A DNA stretch of 64,000 nt from an uncultured Nitrospina sp. (GTDB lineage Bacteria > Nitrospinota > Nitrospinia > Nitrospinales > VA-1). The notes below the pieces were generated by a model. That model searched no databases and was not told the DNA's origin. It saw only the letters and a list, made by a program, of their open reading frames with translations. Shown piece after piece: positions 48,941-58,295 of the stretch (positions within the stretch are counted from its first letter, which is position 1; the number at the start of each line of letters is the position of its first letter). The stretch is from the NCBI GenBank assembly GCA_964510965.1, contig CAZECX010000002.1, positions 21,011-85,010 of the forward strand, given 5' to 3'. The position numbers and the translations under genes are program-made.

Positions 48941-49840
48941 ATGGTCTGGATAAAAACTCCAAAAAACTGGGAACTGCCGAATCAGGAAATCACACCTGAA
49001 AATATTTATCTTCGCCGCCGTGAATTTTTGAGTTCCACTATAAAGTTTGGAGCAGCGGCTATGACATTGATGCATTCGCCAGTGCTGGCTGCAGATAAAA
49101 AGCAGGCCATCGAATTCTCGCCTGAATCCATTGCCTCACGGTTCAATAATTTTTATGAGTTTGGTGTTGAAAAAGAACAGATCTGGAAGTCGGCGCGAAA
49201 ACTCGAAACCAAAAGCTGGACGATTGAAGTCGGGGGACTGGTCAAAAAACCCAAAACGCTGGATGTAGAAACTTTAATGCGGAAGTTCCCTGAAGAAGAG
49301 AGGGTTTATCGTTTGCGTTGTGTGGAAGCATGGTCGGTAGTAATTCCCTGGCTTGGTTTCCCTTTGCGGTTGTTAATCGACCAACTCGATCCTTTACCCT
49401 CAGCTCGTTATGTAAAATTCACTACCTTTCTTTTACCCAATATTGCTTCGGCGCAAAAAAACAGGTTCTGGGAACCCTGGCCTTACACCGAGGGACTGAC
49501 CCTTGAAGAAGCAAGGCACGATCTTACCTTCATGGCCACTGGAATTTATGGGCACCCTCTTCCCGGTCAACATGGCGCTCCCATTCGGTTGGTTGTTCCC
49601 TGGAAGTATGGATTCAAAAGCATCAAGTCGATTGTTCGCATTGATTTTACAGATAAAATGCCAGCAACGTTTTATACTTCCATGTCGCCTCTCGAGTATG
49701 ATTTTGAAGCAAATGTGAATCCGGATATCCCTTACGCAAGATGGCATCAGGCCTTCGAAAGGGTTCCAGGAAAAGAGGGAACAGAAAAAACTCTTTTATA
49801 CAATGGTTATGCAGAGCAAGTAGCAAATATGTATCCGTAA
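48941..49840 (+). CDS. msrP: Protein-methionine-sulfoxide reductase catalytic subunit MsrP (YedY), molybdopterin enzyme
   Basis: Tat-like RRREFL. NNFYEFGVEK...EERVYRLRCVEAWSVVIPWLGFPL...HGAPIRLVVPWKYGFKSIKSIV...LYNGYAEQVANMY is collinear with E. coli MsrP as I recall it. Confidence 0.9.
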   Translation: MVWIKTPKNWELPNQEITPENIYLRRREFLSSTIKFGAAAMTLMHSPVLAADKKQAIEFSPESIASRFNNFYEFGVEKEQIWKSARKLETKSWTIEVGGLVKKPKTLDVETLMRKFPEEERVYRLRCVEAWSVVIPWLGFPLRLLIDQLDPLPSARYVKFTTFLLPNIASAQKNRFWEPWPYTEGLTLEEARHDLTFMATGIYGHPLPGQHGAPIRLVVPWKYGFKSIKSIVRIDFTDKMPATFYTSMSPLEYDFEANVNPDIPYARWHQAFERVPGKEGTEKTLLYNGYAEQVANMYP

Positions 49841-49847
49841 AATTATT

Positions 49848-50423
49848 ATGCGAATTTTTAACAAGCAAAGTACATTTTTAAATAGTCTTTTACTGAGCGC
49901 GCTGGTTGCCCTGTTTCCCGGAGGGGCAAACGCGGAGCGAAATCTCTATGTTCAACCGGAACCTTATGTAGCCCCTCCCTACGTACCACCGCCGCCCCTA
50001 CCATCACGACTGAACCTGGTAGACAACGGAGACGGAACCATCACTGAAACCAAATCGAAATTGATGTGGACCCAAAAGGACAGCTTTGCTGATTTGGGAA
50101 GATGCTTGAATTGGTACGACTCAAAAAGTTATGTTGAAAACCTGAACACAGGTGGGCACCGTGACTGGAGAATGCCAGAGGTTTGGGAGTATGGAGAAAT
50201 TTACGACAACACTGAGTCGAACGTCATGACTATGGATCATGACCCGGAGCACCCCTTGGCTTTATCAAATTTGTTTGCAGATGGAGCGGCGTACTGGTAC
50301 TGGTCTTCCGAAAGTGGGCATTGTTGCGCTCGTACCGCTTATTTTGTCACTGGCCTGCCCTTTGTTCGCACTCTGGACAAATGCACAAAAGGCGGAGTTC
50401 GCGCGGTACGAAACCTTCCCTAA
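49848..50423 (+). CDS. Secreted DUF1566 (Lcl C-terminal domain-like) protein
   Basis: Signal peptide. Pro-rich linker PYVAPPYVPPPPLP. GHRDWRMPEVWE and YWYWSSE motifs. Confidence 0.7.
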   Translation: MRIFNKQSTFLNSLLLSALVALFPGGANAERNLYVQPEPYVAPPYVPPPPLPSRLNLVDNGDGTITETKSKLMWTQKDSFADLGRCLNWYDSKSYVENLNTGGHRDWRMPEVWEYGEIYDNTESNVMTMDHDPEHPLALSNLFADGAAYWYWSSESGHCCARTAYFVTGLPFVRTLDKCTKGGVRAVRNLP

Positions 50424-50432
50424 CCTTCGGGG

Positions 50433-52919
50433 TCAACTCAAACCATCCATTTCGATCCTCTTGTCAGTCGTTTCAGATAAGATTGTGCGAATTTCAGGAT
50501 TGTCATCTAAAAACAAATTGAAATCAGAATCCCTCAAGACAAGCAGGTCACAAAACCCCAGGGCTTTGACCGAAAAAGTTCGGGGATGTTTTTTAATCAA
50601 CCCAATCTCACCAAAAAAATCTCCGCTTCCCAACCGAACAGGATTCTGTGGCATCTCGACTTCCACACAACCGGAAGAAATAAAATATATGGAATGACCC
50701 ATGTCCCCCTGTTTCACAATCACTTCTCCAGGGACCGCCAACATGGGTTTCATGAGTCGGGAAATATGACTTAACCGGTCAGCGGGAATTTTTTGAAAAA
50801 GGGCGACACGGCGAACCAATGCCTCAGGTTCCTGATGAAGATCCAAAACAGGCCGGGGTTGGTTGTTTTGAAATTGATCCTGTAAATCTTCATTCAGATT
50901 TTTGAAAACATCACCGCTTATAATGGTTTCCTTTAGGAACTGTTTATAATCCGATTCCTGAAGCCGTAGAGCCACATGGCTTAAATAACGCTTCTGCAAC
51001 ATCAGGAAATAATCCGGGTACTGGAGTTGCAAAAATTGCAATGCCTGCTCCGTTTTTTCCAATCTATATTTAATCAATGCTTGTATAGTTTCCCTGGCTC
51101 TTTGCCCAATCACAGACTCCATTCTTGGAAGAGATACCAATAAATTTTCTTTCATCACCGTCTGGCATGCGAGAAGAATCCCAAAGCGGTCTGCCAGGTG
51201 TATTGAAAGCATTTTGCTGTACCCAAACTTACGGTGAAGGAAAAGTGCGAAACGAAACCGCCAATTAAATTCCAAAATTTTTGTGGAACAATTTTTGTAA
51301 TCTACGTTTTTGGTTTGCAGCCCATCCTGAATATCTTCCACTTGTGCCAAAAGACGGCGGATAATATAGGTTGATATATAGCCTTCTTCAAATTGCTGGA
51401 GATAGGCTGCTCTCTCCAACGCACATAAATCAAAAAGGCCCACCCGAATCCAATCTTCTTCTGAAAGACCTTCGGATTGTGCTAGCAAACTGTCCACCTC
51501 TTTTTCATCTTCCCGATAATGTTTCAGGATATCTTCAGACAACTCAGGGTTTATGTTGTGATCGCGAGCCTTGCCTTTCAGGGAGTTTTGAATTTTAGAC
51601 AACGAATGTTTTAAAGCCCTGTTTCGAATGGTCTGATCAACAGGATCCAATTTATCCAATCCGAATAATTTCAAAACACTTGCTATTGTTGTAGCGTTAA
51701 CCAGAAGGGTGAATAAAACAAAACCTGTGACTAGAACGCCAATGAACCTTTGAGTTTCTACATCAAATAAAACGTTCTCCATTACGGATAATGCCAATGC
51801 CAAAGAAACCGCACCCCGCAGCCCCCCCCAAAGCATGACCCCTTTGTAGGCATTGTTGATTTTTGCTGTGGCAGACCATCTTTCTAAAACGGGAAGCAAC
51901 CCAAAGAGGATTATCGCCCGTGCAGCGAAGGCCGCCAATACCAATAGCACAAGCAATATCCAATCATTCCATCCGATACTTCCCATTATTTTGGGAACCA
52001 ACATTCCCACCAAAACAAATATGACGGAGTTGGCCCAGAACGCAAAATGATCCCAGGTTTCATGTAATTTTTCCCAGGTAACAGGTGAAAGGGTAGCATG
52101 ACCAAACGAGCCAACCATTAATGCTGCGCCCACTACAGCCATGACACCTGAAATATGGAGATAGTGTTCGGCTAAAATAAAAGATAAATAGGCGAGGGAC
52201 AACGTGAGGGTGATTTGTACGAGTGGATATTTGCCCATTCCAGATAAAACAGAACAAAAAATATAACCCATTACCAACCCAACAAAAATTCCTAAAAGAA
52301 AAACTTTTAAAAAAGATTGTATGCCGGAAAAAATTTCTACGTTGGAATTTCCTGTCAGCATGGCTGTCAAAATTCCAAATAAAACGATTGCGGTCGCATC
52401 GTTAAAAAGACTTTCCCCTTCCACCAGCACAGACAATCTCCTGGGGGCCTGCAATTCTTTGAATATGGCCATAACAGCAACGGGGTCTGTTGCGGAAACG
52501 ATGGCACCCAATAGCAAACAAACAATGAGCGAAACACCTGACACCCAATGGAGCGCAAAACCCACTATGAAAGCTGAAATTAAAAGCCCGATAATAGCGA
52601 GCCAAAGAATGGAGCCGATGTCATCGATCAATCGATGCGAATCGATTCCCAATGCTGCTTCAAAAACCAAAACAGGTAGAAAAATAAAAAGAACGGCATC
52701 TGAAGAAATGCTGAAGGAATTCAGACTTACCAGAAAATCACTTAAGATTCCCAAATGCGGCAGGTCAATTCCCCATTTTGCAATGGTACCGAGAAGACAA
52801 CCTATTGCTGCCAACAAAACGGTATATGGAATATTAAGACGATGGGATGCGGGATACATCAGAACAGCCAGTCCCAACAAACCACTCAAGTCTAATACGG
52901 GTAACCAGATAGGATCCAA
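50433..52919 (-). CDS. CPA1-type Na+(K+)/H+ exchanger fused to a C-terminal cyclic-nucleotide-binding domain
   Basis: ~420-aa polytopic N-terminus (ATDPVAV, FNDATAIVLF), a long helical linker, and a C-terminal cNMP fold (GDFFGEIGLIKKHPRTFSVKALGFCDLLVL). Confidence 0.85.
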   Translation of the reverse strand: MDPIWLPVLDLSGLLGLAVLMYPASHRLNIPYTVLLAAIGCLLGTIAKWGIDLPHLGILSDFLVSLNSFSISSDAVLFIFLPVLVFEAALGIDSHRLIDDIGSILWLAIIGLLISAFIVGFALHWVSGVSLIVCLLLGAIVSATDPVAVMAIFKELQAPRRLSVLVEGESLFNDATAIVLFGILTAMLTGNSNVEIFSGIQSFLKVFLLGIFVGLVMGYIFCSVLSGMGKYPLVQITLTLSLAYLSFILAEHYLHISGVMAVVGAALMVGSFGHATLSPVTWEKLHETWDHFAFWANSVIFVLVGMLVPKIMGSIGWNDWILLVLLVLAAFAARAIILFGLLPVLERWSATAKINNAYKGVMLWGGLRGAVSLALALSVMENVLFDVETQRFIGVLVTGFVLFTLLVNATTIASVLKLFGLDKLDPVDQTIRNRALKHSLSKIQNSLKGKARDHNINPELSEDILKHYREDEKEVDSLLAQSEGLSEEDWIRVGLFDLCALERAAYLQQFEEGYISTYIIRRLLAQVEDIQDGLQTKNVDYKNCSTKILEFNWRFRFALFLHRKFGYSKMLSIHLADRFGILLACQTVMKENLLVSLPRMESVIGQRARETIQALIKYRLEKTEQALQFLQLQYPDYFLMLQKRYLSHVALRLQESDYKQFLKETIISGDVFKNLNEDLQDQFQNNQPRPVLDLHQEPEALVRRVALFQKIPADRLSHISRLMKPMLAVPGEVIVKQGDMGHSIYFISSGCVEVEMPQNPVRLGSGDFFGEIGLIKKHPRTFSVKALGFCDLLVLRDSDFNLFLDDNPEIRTILSETTDKRIEMDGLS

Positions 52920-53112
52920 GGGGTCTCCTGTAGTGCGGGTTTACCTTATCTTCATTAAGATAGTTTGACAATATTGGTTCGTCAACCGCATACAGAAAAT
53001 TAAGGAAATAAAAATTTACAAATTTTCATATTTTGGGGAATATTTTGATCCTTGCTAATTTTAAAAATATTTCATAAATTAGAAGGGTCTGTTCAATTCA
53101 CAGGTCTAACAT

Positions 53113-54879
53113 ATGACCCAGGGAATACGGTTCGGGGATTTTGTAAGGGAAGTCAGCCTTAAACAAAACTATATTTCCTATAATGCTCTTACCCCTCCGT
53201 TAAAAACCGATGAACATGGCAACGAGATCCCTTACCAGCCAGCAAAACTTCAACTACGCAGCATCGATATTTACCGTCTTTTAGGTCCCTATGTTGGAAC
53301 TCGTCTAATCAATCAGGTGAAAGCCGTTGTTCCCTTGGCAGCATACCTTTTTCTTTTCCAGATTCTCATTCTTCGTCAAGGGGTTCTTGATCATTGGATC
53401 ATTTCCGCTGGATTGATCGCGGTAATTTTAGGCCTCATGATTTTCATGGAGGGGTTGAAACTTGGGTTGATGCCCTTTGGTGAGATTATAGGCCACACCC
53501 TTCCCAAGAAATCTAAACTTGGCATGGTGCTATTCATCGCTTTTCTATTAGGAATAGGGGTTACTTTTGCCGAACCAGCCATAGGAGCATTACAGGCGGT
53601 GGGTTCTATCGTGGATGTAGAAAAAGCCCCATATCTATTTGCTCTGTTAAACAACTGGACGGGACCTTTGGTTCTCGTGGTAGGAATGGGAGTAGGCCTT
53701 GCAGCAGTTTTAGGAACCTTGCGCTTTCTAAATGGATGGAGCCTCAAGCCCATGATCTATCTTGCTCTGGTTCCCACCCTTGGATTGACGGTTTACTGCA
53801 TGTCTGATCCGGAATTGAATAAGGTTTTGGGACTCGCCTGGGATTGTGGGGCGGTGACTACGGGTCCGGTAACCGTTCCTCTGGTCCTTTCCCTTGGAAT
53901 TGGAATTGCCTCCGCTGCTGGAAAGGGGAACTCATCTCTATCTGGGTTTGGAATTGTAACCCTCGCTTCGCTCTTTCCCATAATTGGCGTAATGGGTCTT
54001 GCGATATATGTTTCCTCAACGGTCAGCGTAGAGTCCATTATTCAAACTGCCCAGTCAGTAGTAACCCAATCAAGCAGTGGGTGGTGGCAGGAAACACCCT
54101 ATCTTGAAATTTTTGGGGGAATACAGTCCATCGTTCCCCTGGTTCTATTTTTATTCATGGTTCTAAAGTTCTTGTTAAAGGAAAAAGTTCCTGAACCTGG
54201 CATACTTTTTTATGGCCTATGTCTTTCTGTGCTGGGAATGATCGTTTTCAATATTGGGTTGAGCTATGGCCTGGCAAAACTGGGAAGCCAGTCTGGAAGT
54301 TTTGTGCCAGCGGCCTTTGCTCCCATCGAAAATGTTGAAGGCTCTCCTTTATATGTTTATGGTGTCGGAATTTTAATCGCAGTATTCTTCGCCTGGATTC
54401 TCGGGTTTGGAGCCACCTTGGCGGAACCTGCTTTGAATGCCCTGGGGCAGACGGTGGAAAACCTTACCAATGGAGCGTTTAAAAAAAGCATGCTCATGTA
54501 TGCGGTTTCAATAGGAGTGGGTTTCGGGATAAGTCTGGGAATTCTAAAAATAATTTTTGAAATACCAATCTCTTACTTTCTCTTACCTGGATATATTTTA
54601 GGACTCGTACTTACCGCACTTTCGTCAGAAGAGTTTGTAAACGTTGCATGGGATAGTGCAGGTGTGACTACCGGGCCTGTTACCGTTCCTCTTGTTCTGG
54701 CTATGGGACTTGGGTTTGGCAATGCCGTCAATGCAATCGAAGGTTTCGGCATTTTATCCATGGCATCGATCTGCCCTATTTTGTCTGTTTTGATAACCGG
54801 CATTTGGGTTCAGTTCAAAAGAAGGCAAGCCGACCGGCATCGTATTGAAATCTTAAAAGGCCAGGAAGGAGTGGCATGA
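53113..54879 (+). CDS. Internally duplicated DUF1538-type polytopic membrane protein (putative transporter)
   Basis: Two homologous halves, each with a near-identical motif: WDCGAVTTGPVTVPLVLSLGIG (nt ~53838) and WDSAGVTTGPVTVPLVLAMGLG (nt ~54648). About 12 hydrophobic segments. Confidence 0.75.
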   Translation: MTQGIRFGDFVREVSLKQNYISYNALTPPLKTDEHGNEIPYQPAKLQLRSIDIYRLLGPYVGTRLINQVKAVVPLAAYLFLFQILILRQGVLDHWIISAGLIAVILGLMIFMEGLKLGLMPFGEIIGHTLPKKSKLGMVLFIAFLLGIGVTFAEPAIGALQAVGSIVDVEKAPYLFALLNNWTGPLVLVVGMGVGLAAVLGTLRFLNGWSLKPMIYLALVPTLGLTVYCMSDPELNKVLGLAWDCGAVTTGPVTVPLVLSLGIGIASAAGKGNSSLSGFGIVTLASLFPIIGVMGLAIYVSSTVSVESIIQTAQSVVTQSSSGWWQETPYLEIFGGIQSIVPLVLFLFMVLKFLLKEKVPEPGILFYGLCLSVLGMIVFNIGLSYGLAKLGSQSGSFVPAAFAPIENVEGSPLYVYGVGILIAVFFAWILGFGATLAEPALNALGQTVENLTNGAFKKSMLMYAVSIGVGFGISLGILKIIFEIPISYFLLPGYILGLVLTALSSEEFVNVAWDSAGVTTGPVTVPLVLAMGLGFGNAVNAIEGFGILSMASICPILSVLITGIWVQFKRRQADRHRIEILKGQEGVA

Positions 54880-55265
54880 TACAAAGAGAAATTACCGTTT
54901 TAACAGATATTGCCCTGATCACCTGTATCGTACAACGGGGAGTGGCAGACGTCATCATTCAGGCTGCCCGCGAAGCCGGCGCACAAGGTGCAACGGTTTA
55001 TTTTGCACGAGGCATGGGGATAAGGGAACGATTGGGAATTTTGGGGGTTTCGGTTGAGGTGGAAAAAGAAGTCATCGAAATCGTGGTTTCTAAAGAGCAG
55101 GTGGAAAGGGTATTTGAAAGAATGTATTTAGCTGGCAACCTCGATACTCCCGGAATGGGGATCATGTACATCACCCCTTTGGAAAAAGCAGCCACATACA
55201 TTCCCCCTGAAGTCCTTGCTAAATTTTCAACCGATGATCAAACCAATAAATCCCAGAAAGAGTAA
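54876..55265 (+). CDS. PII-like signal transduction protein (paralog 1)
   Basis: ATGA overlap with the DUF1538 gene. GGAAGGAG RBS. ALITCIVQRGVADVIIQAAREAGAQGATVYFARGMG is a PII-type beta-alpha-beta start. Confidence 0.7.
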   Translation: MIQREITVLTDIALITCIVQRGVADVIIQAAREAGAQGATVYFARGMGIRERLGILGVSVEVEKEVIEIVVSKEQVERVFERMYLAGNLDTPGMGIMYITPLEKAATYIPPEVLAKFSTDDQTNKSQKE

Positions 55266-55283
55266 TTTGATGGTCGATCCCTC

Positions 55284-55607
55284 ATGGAAATAAAATTAAA
55301 CAAAAAAGAAAAGCGCATAACCTGTTTTTTACCAAAAGGGGTTGGGTTGAAAATTGTTGAAATGCTTCATGTCGAAAAAAATATCGACTCAACAAATGTG
55401 CATACCGGGAGAGGCTTGCGAACCGTTGAAAGTGTGAAAGATTATGGAGCCTGGGCCGAACAGGATATGTTAACGGTTATCGTGGATGCAGACTGCGCCA
55501 ATGAAATCTTTGAGTATATTTTTTTCCAAGGAGAACTCAACAAACCGGGAGGAGGTTTTATTTTTCAAGCAGACATTCTACAATCCACAGCCTTTCTCCT
55601 ACCATAG
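55284..55607 (+). CDS. PII-like signal transduction protein (paralog 2, divergent)
   Basis: RITCFLPKGVGLKIVEMLHVEKNIDSTNVHTGRGL ... LTVIVDADCANEIFEYIF. Same fold pattern as paralog 1, 18 nt downstream. Confidence 0.6.
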   Translation: MEIKLNKKEKRITCFLPKGVGLKIVEMLHVEKNIDSTNVHTGRGLRTVESVKDYGAWAEQDMLTVIVDADCANEIFEYIFFQGELNKPGGGFIFQADILQSTAFLLP

Positions 55608-55674
55608 ACTGCAGGAAGCGAATAAGGAATATAAAACTCAGGCATCATGAGCTTAAATTAAATTATCCTTTCAA

Positions 55675-56760
55675 TTATATTTTTTCGCTTTCATGAACCA
55701 TACGAATTGCTTTGATAAAAGCATAAATGGATTGGCCGGGTTGCAAATTCAGATTAGATAAAGACTTTCGAGTGATCGTAGCAAGTAGTGGACGGCCTGC
55801 ATCAAGTTCTATATCTACCGAATACCCCACATTTTCCCCAATTTTTTTGACTTTTGTTTTTAAGATATTGAGCACGCTGGTCAACCCATCGGGAGGTTGT
55901 GTCGCCAGACTCACGTCTTTGGAATGGATATGCACTCGAAGTGCTTGCCCGGGTGAAATATCCTGAATAGGCACGCTTAATTCCTGTCCCATAAAATCGA
56001 GTCGAGTGATACCAAACTCGGTATCATGTTCTAAAACGGTTGTGTCAAGGACTGCTCCAGAATGTTCGTCGCCAATGGCATCGCGTAACTGAATGTCAGA
56101 AAAAACTTTTTCCACGGGACCGTATTTCACAATTCTTCCATCTTTTAAAATAACCATGGTATCGACAAGCTGCAACACCTCACTCATCGAATGAGTCACG
56201 TAAATTATTGGAATGGAAAGTTCTTTTTCTACTTTTCGGATAAATGGAATTATTTCGGTTTTTCGTTGAGCATCCAACGCGGCAAGAGGCTCATCCATCA
56301 GAAGAAGTTTTGGACTAGTAAGCAGAGCCCTACCCAACGCGACTCGTTGCTTTTCGCCACCAGATAATTTTTCGATGCTTCGTTCGAGAAGTTTTTCCAG
56401 AGAGAGAACATCCACTATCTCATCCAGATGCAATCTTCGCAAATCAACAGGCGTTCGTTTATATCCATACACTAGATTGTTGCGAACTGTTAAATGTGGA
56501 AATAAGCGGGACTCCTGAAACACCATACCGATTGCCCGCTGGCTTATCGGAATGAAAATATTCTCGTCCTGCCAAACCTGTCCTGCAATTTCCATTTTTC
56601 CGGATTTTTCCAATCCCGCCAAACAACGTAATAGAGTGGTTTTACCCGAGCCCGAAGGGCCAAACACAACTGTAATACCCGATGCTGGAAGCTGAAGATC
56701 TACATCAAGATTAAAATCCGGGTAATCGACCTTAAAAGTTGCCTTTAGCAATTCAGTCAT
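55675..56760 (-). CDS. modC: Molybdate ABC transporter ATP-binding protein with C-terminal TOBE domain
   Basis: GPSGSGKTTLL, LSGGEKQRVALGRA, LLMDEPLAALD, and a C-terminal TOBE-like ~120 aa. ATGA overlap with modB. Confidence 0.9.
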   Translation of the reverse strand: MTELLKATFKVDYPDFNLDVDLQLPASGITVVFGPSGSGKTTLLRCLAGLEKSGKMEIAGQVWQDENIFIPISQRAIGMVFQESRLFPHLTVRNNLVYGYKRTPVDLRRLHLDEIVDVLSLEKLLERSIEKLSGGEKQRVALGRALLTSPKLLLMDEPLAALDAQRKTEIIPFIRKVEKELSIPIIYVTHSMSEVLQLVDTMVILKDGRIVKYGPVEKVFSDIQLRDAIGDEHSGAVLDTTVLEHDTEFGITRLDFMGQELSVPIQDISPGQALRVHIHSKDVSLATQPPDGLTSVLNILKTKVKKIGENVGYSVDIELDAGRPLLATITRKSLSNLNLQPGQSIYAFIKAIRMVHESEKI

Positions 56761-57440
56761 GAAACATGTACCGGTAATTTTTTATTTATGGAATAAACCA
56801 TTAGCAAAACGAGAAAAGAAAACAATAACAAGCCAGCCGAAAGGATATGTGCCTGGGCATATTCCATAACTTCCACACGATCATAAATTTCTATGGATAT
56901 TACTTTCGTTTTTCCTGGGATATTACCTCCAACCATTAATACGACACCAAACTCTCCCAATGTGTGGGCAAAACCTAAAACCGTTGCCGTAAGATAGCCA
57001 CGCCGGGACAAGGGAAGAATTACCGAAAAAAATGCATCCCACCGGGAGGCACCCAAAGAAGCGGCCGTTTCTAGGGGTGCACGACCCAGCGCTTCAAAAT
57101 TGCTTTGCAAAGGTTGCACAACAAAGGGCAACGAATAAAGAGTTGAAGCTAATACCAGACCTGAAAACGTAAAAGAAAGTGGAGAACCTGTTAAAGCTTG
57201 AACAGGGCCACCAATCCAACCGTTGGGACCTAATAGGATGAGCAAGTAAAATCCTAATACTGTGGGGGGCAGCACCAATGGCAATGCCACCACCGCCTCT
57301 ATCCCAACACGCATTTTTGAACGGGTATGAGCCAGCCACCAGGCCATAGGAGTTCCCAGGGTTAGAAGAATCACCACCGTGACACCCGCCAGTTGCAATG
57401 TGAGCCAGATAGGTCCTGAATCGAGAGAACTTACATCCAT
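56757..57440 (-). CDS. modB: Molybdate ABC transporter permease
   Basis: 227 aa, 5-6 TM helices. EAA-loop-like LETAASLGASRWDAFFSVILPL. Confidence 0.9.
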   Translation of the reverse strand: MDVSSLDSGPIWLTLQLAGVTVVILLTLGTPMAWWLAHTRSKMRVGIEAVVALPLVLPPTVLGFYLLILLGPNGWIGGPVQALTGSPLSFTFSGLVLASTLYSLPFVVQPLQSNFEALGRAPLETAASLGASRWDAFFSVILPLSRRGYLTATVLGFAHTLGEFGVVLMVGGNIPGKTKVISIEIYDRVEVMEYAQAHILSAGLLLFSFLVLLMVYSINKKLPVHVS

Positions 57441-57449
57441 GATATTTCT

Positions 57450-58232
57450 TTATAAAATTTCGAGGGAATAACCATAGCTTTCAATTATTTTTTGGATTCG
57501 GTTACTTTTTATAAAACTTAAAAATTCCCGGGCCACTTTGTTCGTCTTTGCGCGTTTTAATAATATGCCTTGTTGCCGAATAGGGTCGTGCCAACCCGAA
57601 GGAACTACCCAGGAATAACCGCTGAGCTTTCTTTGAGTATTTTTTAATTGCGAGAGAGCTATGAAACCTATTTCTGCATTTCCAGTTACCACAAACTGAA
57701 GGGTTTGAGAGATATTTTCTCCCCGAACCAATTTATTTTGAATTAGCTTCCAAAAACCTTTTTTTCTTAGCACCTGTTCAGCGGCTTTTCCATAAGGGGC
57801 CGTTTTGGGATTCGCGATTGCCAGGTAACGAAAATTTTTCTGGTTTAAAACCTGCAAATCGTTTCTTAAAAAAAGTGTAGAATTTGCACTCCACAGAGCC
57901 AACCTTCCCACCGCATAAGTGAAACGAGACCCTGGAACACCTATTCCTTCTTTTTCAAGAAGCTCAGGCCGAACCGAGTCTGCCGCTAACAAAATATCAA
58001 AGGGCGCTCCCTGTTTGATTTGCGCATAGAGCTTCCCTGTGGACCCTGAAATCACAACCACCTTGTTACCTGTGGATTTCTTGAATTCCATGGACAACTC
58101 TTTTAAAGGTAATAGGAAGTTGGAAGCCACAGCAACGCGCAACTCTTTAGCCAAAGCATTGGAAACATGAAACAGAAAGAATGCCAACAACAATCCTGCA
58201 ACAAGCCCTGCTTTTCTTTTGAAACGGTACAT
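57450..58232 (-). CDS. modA: Molybdate-binding periplasmic protein
   Basis: Signal peptide. LRVAVASNF...SGSTGKLYAQIKQGAPFDILLAAD...IANPKTAPYG. Confidence 0.9.
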   Translation of the reverse strand: MYRFKRKAGLVAGLLLAFFLFHVSNALAKELRVAVASNFLLPLKELSMEFKKSTGNKVVVISGSTGKLYAQIKQGAPFDILLAADSVRPELLEKEGIGVPGSRFTYAVGRLALWSANSTLFLRNDLQVLNQKNFRYLAIANPKTAPYGKAAEQVLRKKGFWKLIQNKLVRGENISQTLQFVVTGNAEIGFIALSQLKNTQRKLSGYSWVVPSGWHDPIRQQGILLKRAKTNKVAREFLSFIKSNRIQKIIESYGYSLEIL

Positions 58233-58271
58233 TTATTCACTCGTTATGTTTTTAAAAATATAGCGATGTAT

Positions 58272-58295
58272 CGTTATATATCAAAATATATATCG
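58272..58295. promoter_or_regulatory. AT-rich dyad upstream of modA, candidate ModE-type operator
   Basis: CGTTATATAT-caaa-ATATATATCG. The half-sites match at 9 of 10 positions. Lies 40-63 nt upstream of the modA start. Confidence 0.35.

Noticed and set aside
52321-52968. 215-aa plus-strand ORF antisense to the Na+/H+ exchanger
   Set aside because: Shadow ORF of a well-supported polytopic membrane gene, with low-complexity, Ser/Thr/Ala/Lys-rich sequence and no motifs.
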